Source: a bacterium
GTDB taxonomy: Bacteria > UBA8248
Reading direction: 5' to 3'
Length of the DNA: 32,124 nucleotides
NCBI GenBank assembly: GCA_963692865.2
Contig: CAXXHI010000002.1
Coordinates: 1 to 32,124, forward strand
This document shows positions 9,663-19,140 of the stretch, piece after piece (within the stretch, counting starts at the first letter, position 1; every line of letters starts with the position of its first letter). The translations under genes and the position numbers were made by a program. The notes under the pieces were generated by a model, which did no database searches, was not told the DNA's origin, and saw only the letters and a list, made by a program, of their open reading frames with translations.

Positions 9663-11054
9663 TTAAGCGACGATCTCCGGATCGCCGTCGCCTATCCAGC
9701 CGATGGCCGTCATCGAGACTTCCGTGCCCGCTACGGGCGAGGTCTCGGGAATCTGAATGGCGGTGAAGGCCGGCCTCCGTTTCGGGAAGTATTTCCTGAA
9801 CAAGGGCTCGAGCGCCGAGAGGTGGGAGATGTTCTTGAGGAACAGCGTCAGGTGCGTCACCCGGCTCATGTCCGAGTCTGCGGCCTTCATCGCGCTTTCC
9901 ATGCGATCCAGAATCGCAAGCCCCTGTAAAACGGCGTTTCTCGTGGCCGGAGAAGACGCTTTCGGCAGTTTCCGGCGGAGCGCTCCCTTGAGCTCGCTCC
10001 TTTTGCTGATCGGCTCGCCGTCCCCGTTCAGGCCGACCAGGTTCGAGAGGAACAACACGCCGCCCGCCGCGACGCCCAGGCTCATCTGGGCGCCTGCTCC
10101 ATCCTCACCGCGTATCACCTCGCGCTTGATCTTGCTTTTATCCATCAGCGCCGTCGGTTCGATTTCGATCTTCTCCCCCTTGTGGCCGACTTCCGCCACC
10201 TGCATCACCGTGAGGGCGGGCGGGTCTTTCGGGAAGAACCGCTCGTGAACCCGGTGGAAGGTGGGGAAATCGCGCATGTCCCCGAGATAGACGGTCAGGT
10301 TCAGGATGTTTTCGAGAGACGACCCCGAGCCTTCCAGATGTTTGCGGATCAGATCGTAGACGAACCATGTCTGCGCGGCGATGGGGCCGTTCCTGCTGTC
10401 CTCATGGCTCTGGCCGACGGAGAGGAATCTCCCCCTCTTGGGGATGTCGGGATAGTTGCGGATTAGGGGGGAGCCGGGTTTCGAGGTATCCGTCGGAATC
10501 TGCCCGGCGACGAAAAGGTACGGCCCCGCGCCCACGACGTGGGAGAAATGGGCCGCGGCCGAATGCGCCTTCGAGCCTTCGTGCGCCATTCTTTTCCCCA
10601 GCGTTTTCGCGGCTTCGGGATTAAGAGCGATGGCGTCGATGTTGAAGCGCACGGTACGCTCCGGATCGAACGCGCCCATGCCTACGGCGGTGCTCGGCGT
10701 CGGGTCTTTCGGTTCATAGTGGCGCCGGATGCTGTCGAATACCGGGAAAAAGCGCTTGTCGAGTTGATAGAGATGGAATCTGAGCAGGTTCTCCAGCCCT
10801 CCGCCATGCGCTTCGAGCGTTTCTCCCACGCCTTCGTAGGTGGCGATGGCTTGCGCGCCGATGGGCGCTTCTATCCTGTCGACCCAGGGGTAGTTCTTCG
10901 TCCGCGCAGGCCCCTTTTCTCCGATTTCGGCGTACCTGGTGCAGATGTTCCCCGTACCCGGGCGCATCCCCATCCGCCCGCTGAAGAACAGGAAAGGCCC
11001 ACCCGAAACGCACCGGGGCCACTTCGCGTGGTCTGAGAAGAATTTTCTGGACAT
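9663..11054 (-). CDS. Multidomain RidA/YjgF/UK114-like protein (three Rid-like repeats)
   Basis: Three repeats of GPFLFFSG/GPYLFVAGQ/GGVLFLS, then LENLL/LENIL/MSRVT, then FFPKDPPALT-like segments. Confidence 0.75.
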   Translation of the reverse strand: MSRKFFSDHAKWPRCVSGGPFLFFSGRMGMRPGTGNICTRYAEIGEKGPARTKNYPWVDRIEAPIGAQAIATYEGVGETLEAHGGGLENLLRFHLYQLDKRFFPVFDSIRRHYEPKDPTPSTAVGMGAFDPERTVRFNIDAIALNPEAAKTLGKRMAHEGSKAHSAAAHFSHVVGAGPYLFVAGQIPTDTSKPGSPLIRNYPDIPKRGRFLSVGQSHEDSRNGPIAAQTWFVYDLIRKHLEGSGSSLENILNLTVYLGDMRDFPTFHRVHERFFPKDPPALTVMQVAEVGHKGEKIEIEPTALMDKSKIKREVIRGEDGAGAQMSLGVAAGGVLFLSNLVGLNGDGEPISKRSELKGALRRKLPKASSPATRNAVLQGLAILDRMESAMKAADSDMSRVTHLTLFLKNISHLSALEPLFRKYFPKRRPAFTAIQIPETSPVAGTEVSMTAIGWIGDGDPEIVA

Positions 11055-13381
11055 TTACGCCTCGATGAAGGATGGGGGTTGAAACGCCGTGATTTCGGGA
11101 AGCTCTTCCTCGTAGCGCTCCATCTCCACCAGCGCGCTGTGCGCGCTGGGGCCCTGGCCGAGGCTCGAGGTTCCCTTGTCGGGCGTCAGGACGTTGGGGT
11201 TTCCGTGCTTGTCGAGCGCGCCGATTCTCCCCGGTTCCTGCGGGTCGTACCACGCGCCCGTTGAGAGCTGGATGACGCCCGGGAGCAGCCCCTCGGTGAT
11301 GACGGCGCCCGCGAGAATCGCGCCGCGCTCGTTGAAGATTCGGACGACGTCTCCGCCTGCGATTCCTCTGGCTGCGGCGTCATCGGGGTGGATCCACACC
11401 GGCTCCCTGCCTTGAATCTTGCTCTTGACGCTGGTGGCTCCGCTGTCCATCTGGCCGTGGAGCCTCGTGCGCGGCTGGTTCGAGATCAGGTGCAGCGGGA
11501 ATTTCTCCGCCAGTCCGCTCCCAGCCACTCTACGGGTTCGAGCCAGGCGGGGTGGGGCGGGCAATCGGCGTACCCGAAGCTCTCGATGCGCTCGGAGAAT
11601 ATCTCGATTTTCCCCGAGGGCGTCTTGAGAGGATTTTTCTCCGGGTCTTCCCTGTAATCGGCCAGGTAGACGTGCGGCGTCTCCGGCGGGGCGACTTCGG
11701 TGTGGCCCGTTTCCCAGAAATGCTCGAACGTGTCGAGAACCACGCCCTGGGCGGCGGCCTTCTGGCGCGCCTCTTCGTAGATGTGTCTCAGCCATTCCAT
11801 TTCTTCGCGGTCTTCGGTGAATGCGCTCTTAAAGCCGAGGCGTTCGGCCAAGTCGGCGAAAATGACGAAATCGTGCCGGGCATCGCCCACCGGCTCGATC
11901 ACCTTGTGCATGGCGAGGATGAAGCGATCCCTCGAACTCGATCCGATGTCGTTGCGCTCGAGCGTCGTGGTGGCGGGCAGCACGATGTCCGCATGGCGCG
12001 CGGTGGACGTCCACCAGGGGTCGTGGACGACGATGGTTTCCGGACGCCGCCATGCCTTCACCAGCCGGTTCAAATCCTGGTGGTGGTGGAAGGGATTGCC
12101 GCCGCACCAGTACACCATGCGGATGTCCGGGTAGGTGCGGCGCTCGCCGTTGAAGTCGTATTCCTCGCCCGGTGAGAGCAACATGTCCGCGATGCGGGCG
12201 ACGGGAATGAAGCTGCCGGTCGGGTTTTTCCCGAACCCCATTCTGACGGAAGGGATGTTCTCGCGCGGCTCGCCGCGTCCGCCCATGCTCCCGTAGCCGA
12301 AGCCGAAGCCGCCGCCGGGCAGGCCGATTTGACCGAGCATGGCGGCGAGCGTGATGGTCATCCAGAACGTCTGCTCGCCGTGGTCCCCGCGCTGGAGCGA
12401 CCAGTTCGTGTTGAGCATGGTTCGCGCGCCCGCCATGCGCCGGGCGAGGGTTCGGATGACGTCCGCCCCGATTCCCGTGATGGGGGCCGCCCAGTCCGCG
12501 TTCCTGGGCCGGCCGTCGGTTTCGCCCGTCAGATAGGCTTCGAACTTCTCGAAACCCACGCAATAGCGCGCGAGGAAATCCGTATCGTGCAGGTTCTCCT
12601 CCCGAAGCGTATGGGCGAGGCCGAGCATGAGCGCCACGTCCGTATTCGGGCGCACGGCGAGCCACTGCGCGTCCAGGAAATCTGGCGCATCGTCTTTCAG
12701 GGGGCTTACGTTCACGAATTCCACCCCGTTCGCCTTCGCCCTTTCGAGCCATAGCTCCAGGGAGTGTTCTCCCGCGCCGCCGGCGGCCACCTGCGCGTTC
12801 TTGACAGGAACGCCGCCGAACATGACGAACAGCCCTGAGTCTTGCGCGATGCTGTCCCACGTCGTGATGTGGCCCGAGCAGGCGACGTAGTCTCCCAGGA
12901 CGTGTGGAAGGATGACGTACCCGGCGGCGATGCTGTAGGTGGTCACCTGATCCGTGAAGCCGCCGTAGCAGTTGAAGAATCTCTTCAGCAGCGTGTTCGC
13001 ATGGTGGAAGCGGCCCGCGCTCGCCCAGCCGTATGAGCCCGCGAAGATGGACTCGTTGCCGTATTCGGTTTTGACGCGCATGACTTCGTCGGCGACCATT
13101 CCGAGGGCCGTCTCCCAGGAGACGGGCACGAAGGGTTCGCCGCCGCGTCCTTCGGAGTTATTTCCGGGGCCGCCTTCGAGCCAGCCCGCTCGGATCATGG
13201 GTTGGGAGATGCGTGTTTCGTCGTATATGGCGTCCTGGATCGATTCCAGGATGGGCGAGGGCGCCGGGTCCTTGGCGAACGGCTCGAAACCCACCATGCG
13301 GCCATCGCGCACGTGCGCCCGGAACGCCCCCCAATGTGAGCTGTGGTGACGTTTTTCGATTCCTTCTTGCCCGCCGGGCAT
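11055..13381 (-). CDS. Molybdopterin guanine dinucleotide S/N-oxide reductase, BisC-like (-1 frameshift at ~11513)
   Basis: SSHWGAF, AGSYGWASAGRFHHA, TYS (Ser Mo ligand), WCGGNPFHHHQD, ADIVLPATT and RLHGQ...GAWYDP...GNPNVLT. No twin-arginine leader. GGAGGA RBS before ATG 13381. Confidence 0.88.
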
Positions 13382-13575
13382 CAGATGACTTCCTCCACGT
13401 ATCCGGGTCGGACTCATGATTTGGCGTGCATTCTGCGCAGTATATCACGTGTGGGAACCAAGTCCCCCCGTCCCGGCGTTTCGCGCGCCATAAAGCGGTG
13501 ACGGGGTGATTTTAAGGCGAGAATATGCCATTGTTCCACCTTCCGGGTTCAATTTTTTCTCATCTGGAGAACCTC

Positions 13576-14050
13576 ATGGATCTGCTCACGCGAATGGCCG
13601 GTGAAATCGGGCAATTGCTGAAGGATAGGGAACAAACGGTCGCCGTTGCGGAAACCTCCGCAGGCGGCCTGGTCTCCTCCGCTCTTCTCGCCGTTCCGGG
13701 GGCTTCGGCCTACTACATGGGCGGCGGCGTGCTCTACACGTATGATTCGAGAAGCATCCTGCTCGGGCTGCCCGAAAGCGCCTTCGAGGGAATGCGTCCG
13801 AGCACGGAGCCCTACGCGGCGAAGCTGGCAGCGGCGATAAAGGAGAGACTGGGGGCCACATGGGGCCTCTCCGAAACGGGGGCGGCGGGCCCTTCGGGGA
13901 ACAGATACGGGGATGCGCCCGGGCATTCGTGCATGGCCGTATCCGGCCCGGCGGATAAGGTGATGACGCCGAGACGGGCAGCGCCGTAAAGCGAAGTATG
14001 TGGGCCTTCACGGAAGCGACGCTTGGCCTGGAGGCAACGAGAAAAACGGA
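13576..14050 (+). CDS. CinA C-terminal domain protein (NMN deamidase PncC-like); C-terminus frameshifted, end uncertain
   Basis: VAVAETSAGGLVSSALLAVPGASAYYMGG and LSETGAAGP motifs. The expected tail ETGSA...MWAFTEA lies in another frame from 13971. Confidence 0.75.
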
Positions 14051-14512
14051 ACAAATCAAAGTTCGGGGAGTGACCCTCCGTTACGTTCGGTTATTGGGGC
14101 GAAACACGTCAAGTCCTGTGCAATCTAGGCCGGGATCGATCGTAATCTGGGTTCGGACCTTCTCCGATCCTTCTTTCGCGGTTTTTCAAGCGTGTCATGA
14201 CGTTGACGAGCTCTGATGTTGAGACACGGCGATGCCGAACACGATTACAACGATCCAGCTAACCATGAGGCCGATAGCAATGCCAATGAAGCCGCGTAAT
14301 TCTGATCTTGACCGATACGGAAGCCAACTAAACCGAAACGGAAATGCTCAAAATTGGTTTGCACCGAGGGATCTGGCAAGAAATTCATTCATCTTCCGCC
14401 CTTTCATTCATTGACTAACTCTCTTGTGATTTTTGTGGGGGTTCGTATATTAAATATTATGCTTAGTCAAGAAGTGATTCCCCCAAAACTAACCATATGG
14501 AGATGATGCGAT

Positions 14513-15499
14513 ATGTTTCGTGCTCTGGTTTTAGAAGAAGCGGACGGGAAGGTCAGCTCGTCGATTCAGGAGCTTGACGAGGCGAGCCTGCCGGACGGCG
14601 ACGTGACGGTTGCGATCGATTATTCGACGCTCAACTACAAGGACGGGATGATCCTGGGCGGCATCGGGCGGCTGGTGCGGAATTATCCCCACGTCGGCGG
14701 CATCGACTTCGCGGGGACTGTCGAGGAGAGCGCGCACCCCGATTACCGCGCAGGCGACAAGGTGATTCTCACCGGCTGGCGGGTCGGCGAGGCGCACTGG
14801 GGGGGATATTCCCAAAAGGCGCGCGTGAAGGGGGACTGGCTGGTGCATCTGCCATCAACTCTCTCCACGAGACAGGCGATGGCGCTCGGCACGGCCGGCT
14901 TCACGGCCATGCTCTCCGTTCAGGCGCTGGAAGACCACGACATGGGCGTGGATGACGGGGAAGTGCTCGTCACGGGCGCCGCCGGTGGAGTAGGTTCCGT
15001 CGCCGTGGCCGTTCTCGCGAACCTGGGTTATTCCGTCGCCGCGTCGACGGGAAGGGAGGAGACCCACGAGTATCTCGGCTCACTCGGCGCTTCGAATATC
15101 ATCGCCCGCAGCGAACTGGCCGAGCCCACCAAGCGGCCGCTCGATAGCGAGCGCTGGGCGGGGTGCATCGACTCGGTGGGCGGCACGACGCTTGCGCGCC
15201 TGCTCACGCAGATGAAACACCAAAGCTCGGTGGCGGCGGTGGGTCTGGCCGGCGGGAGCGCGCTAGAGACGACGGTGATTCCTTTTCTCCTGCGGGGCGT
15301 GAATCTGCTGGGCATCGATTCCGTCATGTGCCCCCATGAGCCTCGCAAGAAGGCGTGGGCGCGGCTCGCGGAGGAGATGCCGCAGGAGAAACTCGAATCC
15401 ATGATCACCGAAGCGGCGTTGTCCGATCTGCCCGGTCTGGGCGGCGATATCCTGAAAGGGCGGGTGCGTGGCCGCGTGGTCGTGGACGTGAACGCCTAG
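14513..15499 (+). CDS. acuI: Acryloyl-CoA reductase AcuI/YhdH, MDR family
   Basis: YSTLNYKDG, GIDFAG, GTAGFTAML, VTGAAGGVGS, PFLLRGVNLLGIDSV and GRVVVDV motifs. Confidence 0.85.
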   Translation: MFRALVLEEADGKVSSSIQELDEASLPDGDVTVAIDYSTLNYKDGMILGGIGRLVRNYPHVGGIDFAGTVEESAHPDYRAGDKVILTGWRVGEAHWGGYSQKARVKGDWLVHLPSTLSTRQAMALGTAGFTAMLSVQALEDHDMGVDDGEVLVTGAAGGVGSVAVAVLANLGYSVAASTGREETHEYLGSLGASNIIARSELAEPTKRPLDSERWAGCIDSVGGTTLARLLTQMKHQSSVAAVGLAGGSALETTVIPFLLRGVNLLGIDSVMCPHEPRKKAWARLAEEMPQEKLESMITEAALSDLPGLGGDILKGRVRGRVVVDVNA

Positions 15500-15948
15500 G
15501 CGTTTCTTTTTTTCGTCAACTCGCGGTCTAAGGCCGCAGCGAATTTTTTGCGATCCGCAGTGGCCATGGGCGGCGGGCCGCCCTGGACGAGGCCGCCCGA
15601 GCGCATCTCCATCATGAAGTTTCTTAAAGACAGTCGCTCGCCCACGTTTTCCTCGGTGTAGACCTCGCCACGCGGGTCGATGGCCAGCGCGCCTTTCTCC
15701 ACCGCCTTCGCCGCGAAGGGAACGTCCGCCGTGATGACGAAATCGCCCGCGCTCAGGTTCTCGACGATGTACTCATCGGCAACGTCCGCCCCGCCTGGAA
15801 CCTGAATCATCGAGACGCATGGGATGTCCGGCGTCCTGAGCTTCATGTTCGCCACCAGCACGGTGGGTATGTCGAGGCGCTCGGCGGTCTTGTAAAGAAT
15901 CTCCTTGACCTCTTGCGGACATGCGTCCGCATCCACCCAGATTTTCAT
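15496..15948 (-). CDS. YaiI/YqxD (UPF0178) family protein
   Basis: MKIWVDADACP, ADEYI, VITADVP, PRGEVY and F..ALDR motifs. Confidence 0.9.
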   Translation of the reverse strand: MKIWVDADACPQEVKEILYKTAERLDIPTVLVANMKLRTPDIPCVSMIQVPGGADVADEYIVENLSAGDFVITADVPFAAKAVEKGALAIDPRGEVYTEENVGERLSLRNFMMEMRSGGLVQGGPPPMATADRKKFAAALDRELTKKRNA

Positions 15949-16068
15949 GCGCTTTCCCCTTCACCGCCCTTAAGTCCGGCGGCTCCTTTATAGTATGATG
16001 CTTTTCATTCGAGATGCCCAATATGCGATGCGCAAGAGGCGAACGTTCGCGTGACGAGGGGAGGGGAG

Positions 16069-16284
16069 ATGGCGGAACCGCGAGAGGCTCAAGAGAAAAC
16101 GGCGGCGCGGATCGGCGAGATGGCTCTGACCATCTTCGGCGTGCCTCAGGATGAACTGGGCCTCAGGACGGCGGATGACTGCGCGCGGATGATGCAGATT
16201 CTCTCCGACACGCCCGTGGAGTCTACGAATGAGCCGTTTATTCCTAAGCTGAAAGAACAAGATGCCGATGAGGGCGTGGTATGA
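16069..16284 (+). CDS. Small protein, possible AtzG/GatC-like amidase partner
   Basis: 71 aa with a GGGGAG RBS and a C-terminal EP motif; its stop overlaps the amidase start (ATGA). Confidence 0.55.
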   Translation: MAEPREAQEKTAARIGEMALTIFGVPQDELGLRTADDCARMMQILSDTPVESTNEPFIPKLKEQDADEGVV

Positions 16285-17624
16285 GCGAGCACTGGCGGCT
16301 CTCTTTGAGCGAGGGCTTGAGCAGGATGGAGGAGGACGCCCTTACGGCGGAGGAGTGGGTGCGTTCCTTGCTGTCGCGCATCGACGCTTGCGAAGAGCAG
16401 GTGAAGGCCTGGGTGCAGGTGGACGCGCAGGGCGCTCTCAAGGCGGCGAAGGCGGTGGACGACGCCAGAAGCGCGGGGGAGGAACTGGGTCCTCTGGCGG
16501 GCGCGCCGTATGCCGCCAAGGATATTTTCGCCATACGAGGTCTCAAGCTCGAAGCCGGAGCGCATATCTTCGAGGGACGAACCGCCTCCGAGGACGCCGC
16601 CTGCGTGGCGCGTCTTCGGAGTGCGGGCGCAATCGCCCTCGGCAAGACGGTGACGACGCCCTTCGCGCAGGGGGACCCCTCCATCGCCCGCAATCCCTGG
16701 AACGTCGAGCGAAGCCCGGGCGGGTCGAGCAGCGGTTCGGCCGCCGCCGTGGGGGCGGGCATGGTTCCCGCCGCGTTCGGCAGCCAGACGACGGGCTCCA
16801 CGCTTCGCCCCGCCGCGTATTGCGGCGTGCCGGGTCTCAAGCCTACTTATGGGCGCATTCCCAGGACGGGCGTCATCGACGTATCGTGGAACTTCGATCA
16901 CGCAGGCGTCATCGCGCGCACGGTCGAGGACATCGCGAGGGTGCTGGCGGTGGCGGCGGGTCCCGACGGCGCGGATCACGGCGCCGTGGACGCCCCGCCT
17001 CCAAGCGCGTACGTTACGCCCCGGAAACCGGAGAAAATCGCGTACTTCAAGCACCTGCTCGCGCTGGCCGGCGAGGAAGTCGCCGAGTGGACCGAGGGGG
17101 CGGTGGAACGGATAAGAGCGAAAGGGGTCGCCGTCCACGAAATAGAGCTTCCGATGAGCATGGATGAGATAAACGCGGCGCATTTCATCGCCCGCTGCGT
17201 GGATTCCGCCGCTTGCCACCAGGAATTGTACGATGCCCACAAGGACGAACTCCCGCCTTACGTGCGCAGGAGCATGACGATCGGATTCATGGCGCCCGCG
17301 GTCCATTACGTGAAGGCGTTGCGCGTGCGTACCGCATTCATGCGGAAGATGGACGATCTGATGGAGCGCTACGATCTGTTCGCCCTGCCGAGTTTCGACT
17401 CGGGGCCGCCGCCGTGGGAGGAGTCCACGGGCTCGCCCGCCTTTTTGCAGCCGCTCACTTTTTCGGGACAGCCGGCGATTACACTTCCCCTGGGGCGCGG
17501 GGATATGAATCTCCCCTTGGGCATCCAGTTCGGCGCGATGCGCTTGGGCGAGGAAAAGCTGCTGGCGGCGGCGAGGTGGTTCGAGGAGGAGATGGACTGG
17601 CGGGCGGCGTTTCCCGAATTTTAG
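16281..17624 (+). CDS. Amidase signature family protein
   Basis: YAAKD, GKTVTT, PGGSSSGSAAAV and GSQTTGSTLRPAAYCG motifs. Confidence 0.9.
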   Translation: MSEHWRLSLSEGLSRMEEDALTAEEWVRSLLSRIDACEEQVKAWVQVDAQGALKAAKAVDDARSAGEELGPLAGAPYAAKDIFAIRGLKLEAGAHIFEGRTASEDAACVARLRSAGAIALGKTVTTPFAQGDPSIARNPWNVERSPGGSSSGSAAAVGAGMVPAAFGSQTTGSTLRPAAYCGVPGLKPTYGRIPRTGVIDVSWNFDHAGVIARTVEDIARVLAVAAGPDGADHGAVDAPPPSAYVTPRKPEKIAYFKHLLALAGEEVAEWTEGAVERIRAKGVAVHEIELPMSMDEINAAHFIARCVDSAACHQELYDAHKDELPPYVRRSMTIGFMAPAVHYVKALRVRTAFMRKMDDLMERYDLFALPSFDSGPPPWEESTGSPAFLQPLTFSGQPAITLPLGRGDMNLPLGIQFGAMRLGEEKLLAAARWFEEEMDWRAAFPEF

Positions 17625-17667
17625 GACGGCATACGTTTTCGAGTTCTTGACATAGAGGGGCCTTGAA

Positions 17668-18813
17668 ATGAACGAGACGGGACTTGAAACTGCGGTGGAA
17701 GAAACTACGGATGAGGTGAAGCTCAAGATCATCGACGCGGACATCCACCCGCGCATGAACGGTATGCACCAGCTTCATCCGTATCTCTCGGAATCGTGGC
17801 GCAAGCGCATGGGCGTGGCGCCGCTCAGTTCCGCCAAGGACCCGAACACCGCGCGAAACGTCTTTTCGATACCCAAGCGCTGGTATTACCACCCCCACGG
17901 CGCCGAGCGCCCCGACGCCCTGCCGCCCGACGGCGGGAGACCGGGTTCCAACCTCGACATGCTGCGCTCCCACCATCTGGACAAATACGGGGTCGACGCC
18001 GGCGTTCTCATCGCGGGCGACCTGTTCGGCATCGGCGGGCTGCCGGACGCCGACATGGCGGCCGCCTTCATCGCGGCGAACAACGACTGGCTGCTGCACG
18101 AGTGGTGCGAGCCGGAACCCCGCCTCAAGCTCGCCATGCACGTCGGCCCGCGAGACCCCGTGCTCGCCGCTAAGGAAATCGAGCGGGTCGGCGCGCATCC
18201 CGCCGTGGTGCAGGTGCAGATACCGCAGATGGACGTTCTGATGGGGAACCGCCATTACTATCCCATCTACGAAGCCGCCGAGGCCTTGGGCCTGCCCATC
18301 GGGATGCACGGCGCGGGCGAGGCGGCGGGCGTGAACACGCCCATGAACCCCACGGGAATACCCGCCTACTACATCGAGGTGCACACGGGCGCGGTGACCA
18401 TCGCGCAGGCCCAGGTCATCAGCCTGGTGTGCGAGGGCGTGTTCGTTCGTTTCCCGAAACTCAAGGTCGTCTTTCAGGAGATGGGCTACGCCTGGCTGCC
18501 GAGCATCATGTGGCGCTTCGATCAGGAATGGCGCTCACTTCGCGCGGAAGTCCCCTGGCTGGAGCGTCCGCCGAGCGAATACATCGTCGACCACGTCCGG
18601 CTGACCACGCAGCCCATCGCCGAGCCGCCCACGAACGAGGATCACCGCCAGATTCTGAGGATGGCCAAGGCGGAGAAGACGCTGCTGTTCGCCTCCGATT
18701 ATCCGCATTGGGATTTCGACAACCCCCGGCAGGTTTTTCAGGAAGTCTCCGACGAGATGAGACGCCGCATCTACCATGAAAGCGCCGAGGAACTCTACGG
18801 CCACAAGCTCTGA
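17668..18813 (+). CDS. Amidohydrolase_2 fold protein, candidate amidohydrolase-related dinuclear oxygenase
   Basis: IIDADIHP, NNDWL, PIYEAAE, MHG, FPKLKVVFQE and LFASDYPHWD motifs. Confidence 0.85.
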   Translation: MNETGLETAVEETTDEVKLKIIDADIHPRMNGMHQLHPYLSESWRKRMGVAPLSSAKDPNTARNVFSIPKRWYYHPHGAERPDALPPDGGRPGSNLDMLRSHHLDKYGVDAGVLIAGDLFGIGGLPDADMAAAFIAANNDWLLHEWCEPEPRLKLAMHVGPRDPVLAAKEIERVGAHPAVVQVQIPQMDVLMGNRHYYPIYEAAEALGLPIGMHGAGEAAGVNTPMNPTGIPAYYIEVHTGAVTIAQAQVISLVCEGVFVRFPKLKVVFQEMGYAWLPSIMWRFDQEWRSLRAEVPWLERPPSEYIVDHVRLTTQPIAEPPTNEDHRQILRMAKAEKTLLFASDYPHWDFDNPRQVFQEVSDEMRRRIYHESAEELYGHKL

Positions 18814-18892
18814 GCGGGAGATCGTAATAGGGCAGTTGATAAGGTCCTGATTCCGTGATTTGGCAAATGGAACCAACCGGGGAGGAAGGTCC

Positions 18893-18920
18893 GTAGGGAC
18901 AGGTCGCGACCTGTCCCTAC
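18893..18920. repeat. Perfect 28-bp GTAG-type REP palindrome
   Basis: gtagggacaggtcgcgacctgtccctac equals its own reverse complement. Confidence 0.85.
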
Positions 18921-18941
18921 AAGAGGCGGTTCGATTTTGTT

Positions 18942-19077
18942 CGTCATTCCGGCGAAAGCCGGAATCCATTTGTCTTGCCTTTGTTTTTTGTCAGATTCTC
19001 GCCAATGACGGGGAGATGAGCAGCCCGCGTATTGTCATTCTGCTTTAGAATGGATTCCGGCTTTCGCCGGAATGACG
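18942..19077. repeat. Inverted pair of 29-bp palindromic repeats
   Basis: cgtcattccggcgaaagccggaatccatt (18942-18970) and its exact reverse complement (19049-19077). Confidence 0.85.
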
Positions 19078-19140
19078 GCGGTGGTGAAAACCGAGCGGGA
19101 AAGGGTTTTCAACAGTTCCTATGGGCGAGGACAGCCCGCA

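Larger units (their letters stand above)
18830..19120. mobile_element. Putative MITE-like element with REP palindrome and paired dRS3/RPE-like repeats (copy 2)
   Basis: First ~80 bp align with the reverse complement of ~9580-9661. Right end ttttcaacagttcc resembles the same terminal repeat. TA lies on both flanks. Confidence 0.6.

Noticed and set aside
9402-9929. 175-aa ORF and other short ORFs over the repeat elements (18535..18969, 19032..19217)
   Set aside because: Translations of palindromic repeats (for example MDSGFRRND), not credible genes
11055-13381. Selenocysteine or Tat export in the molybdoenzyme
   Set aside because: The ligand position is Ser (TYS), the break is a frameshift rather than an in-frame TGA, and there is no twin-arginine leader
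18893-19077. Possible CRISPR array
   Set aside because: The repeats are inverted and only paired, with no direct repeat-spacer periodicity and no cas genes
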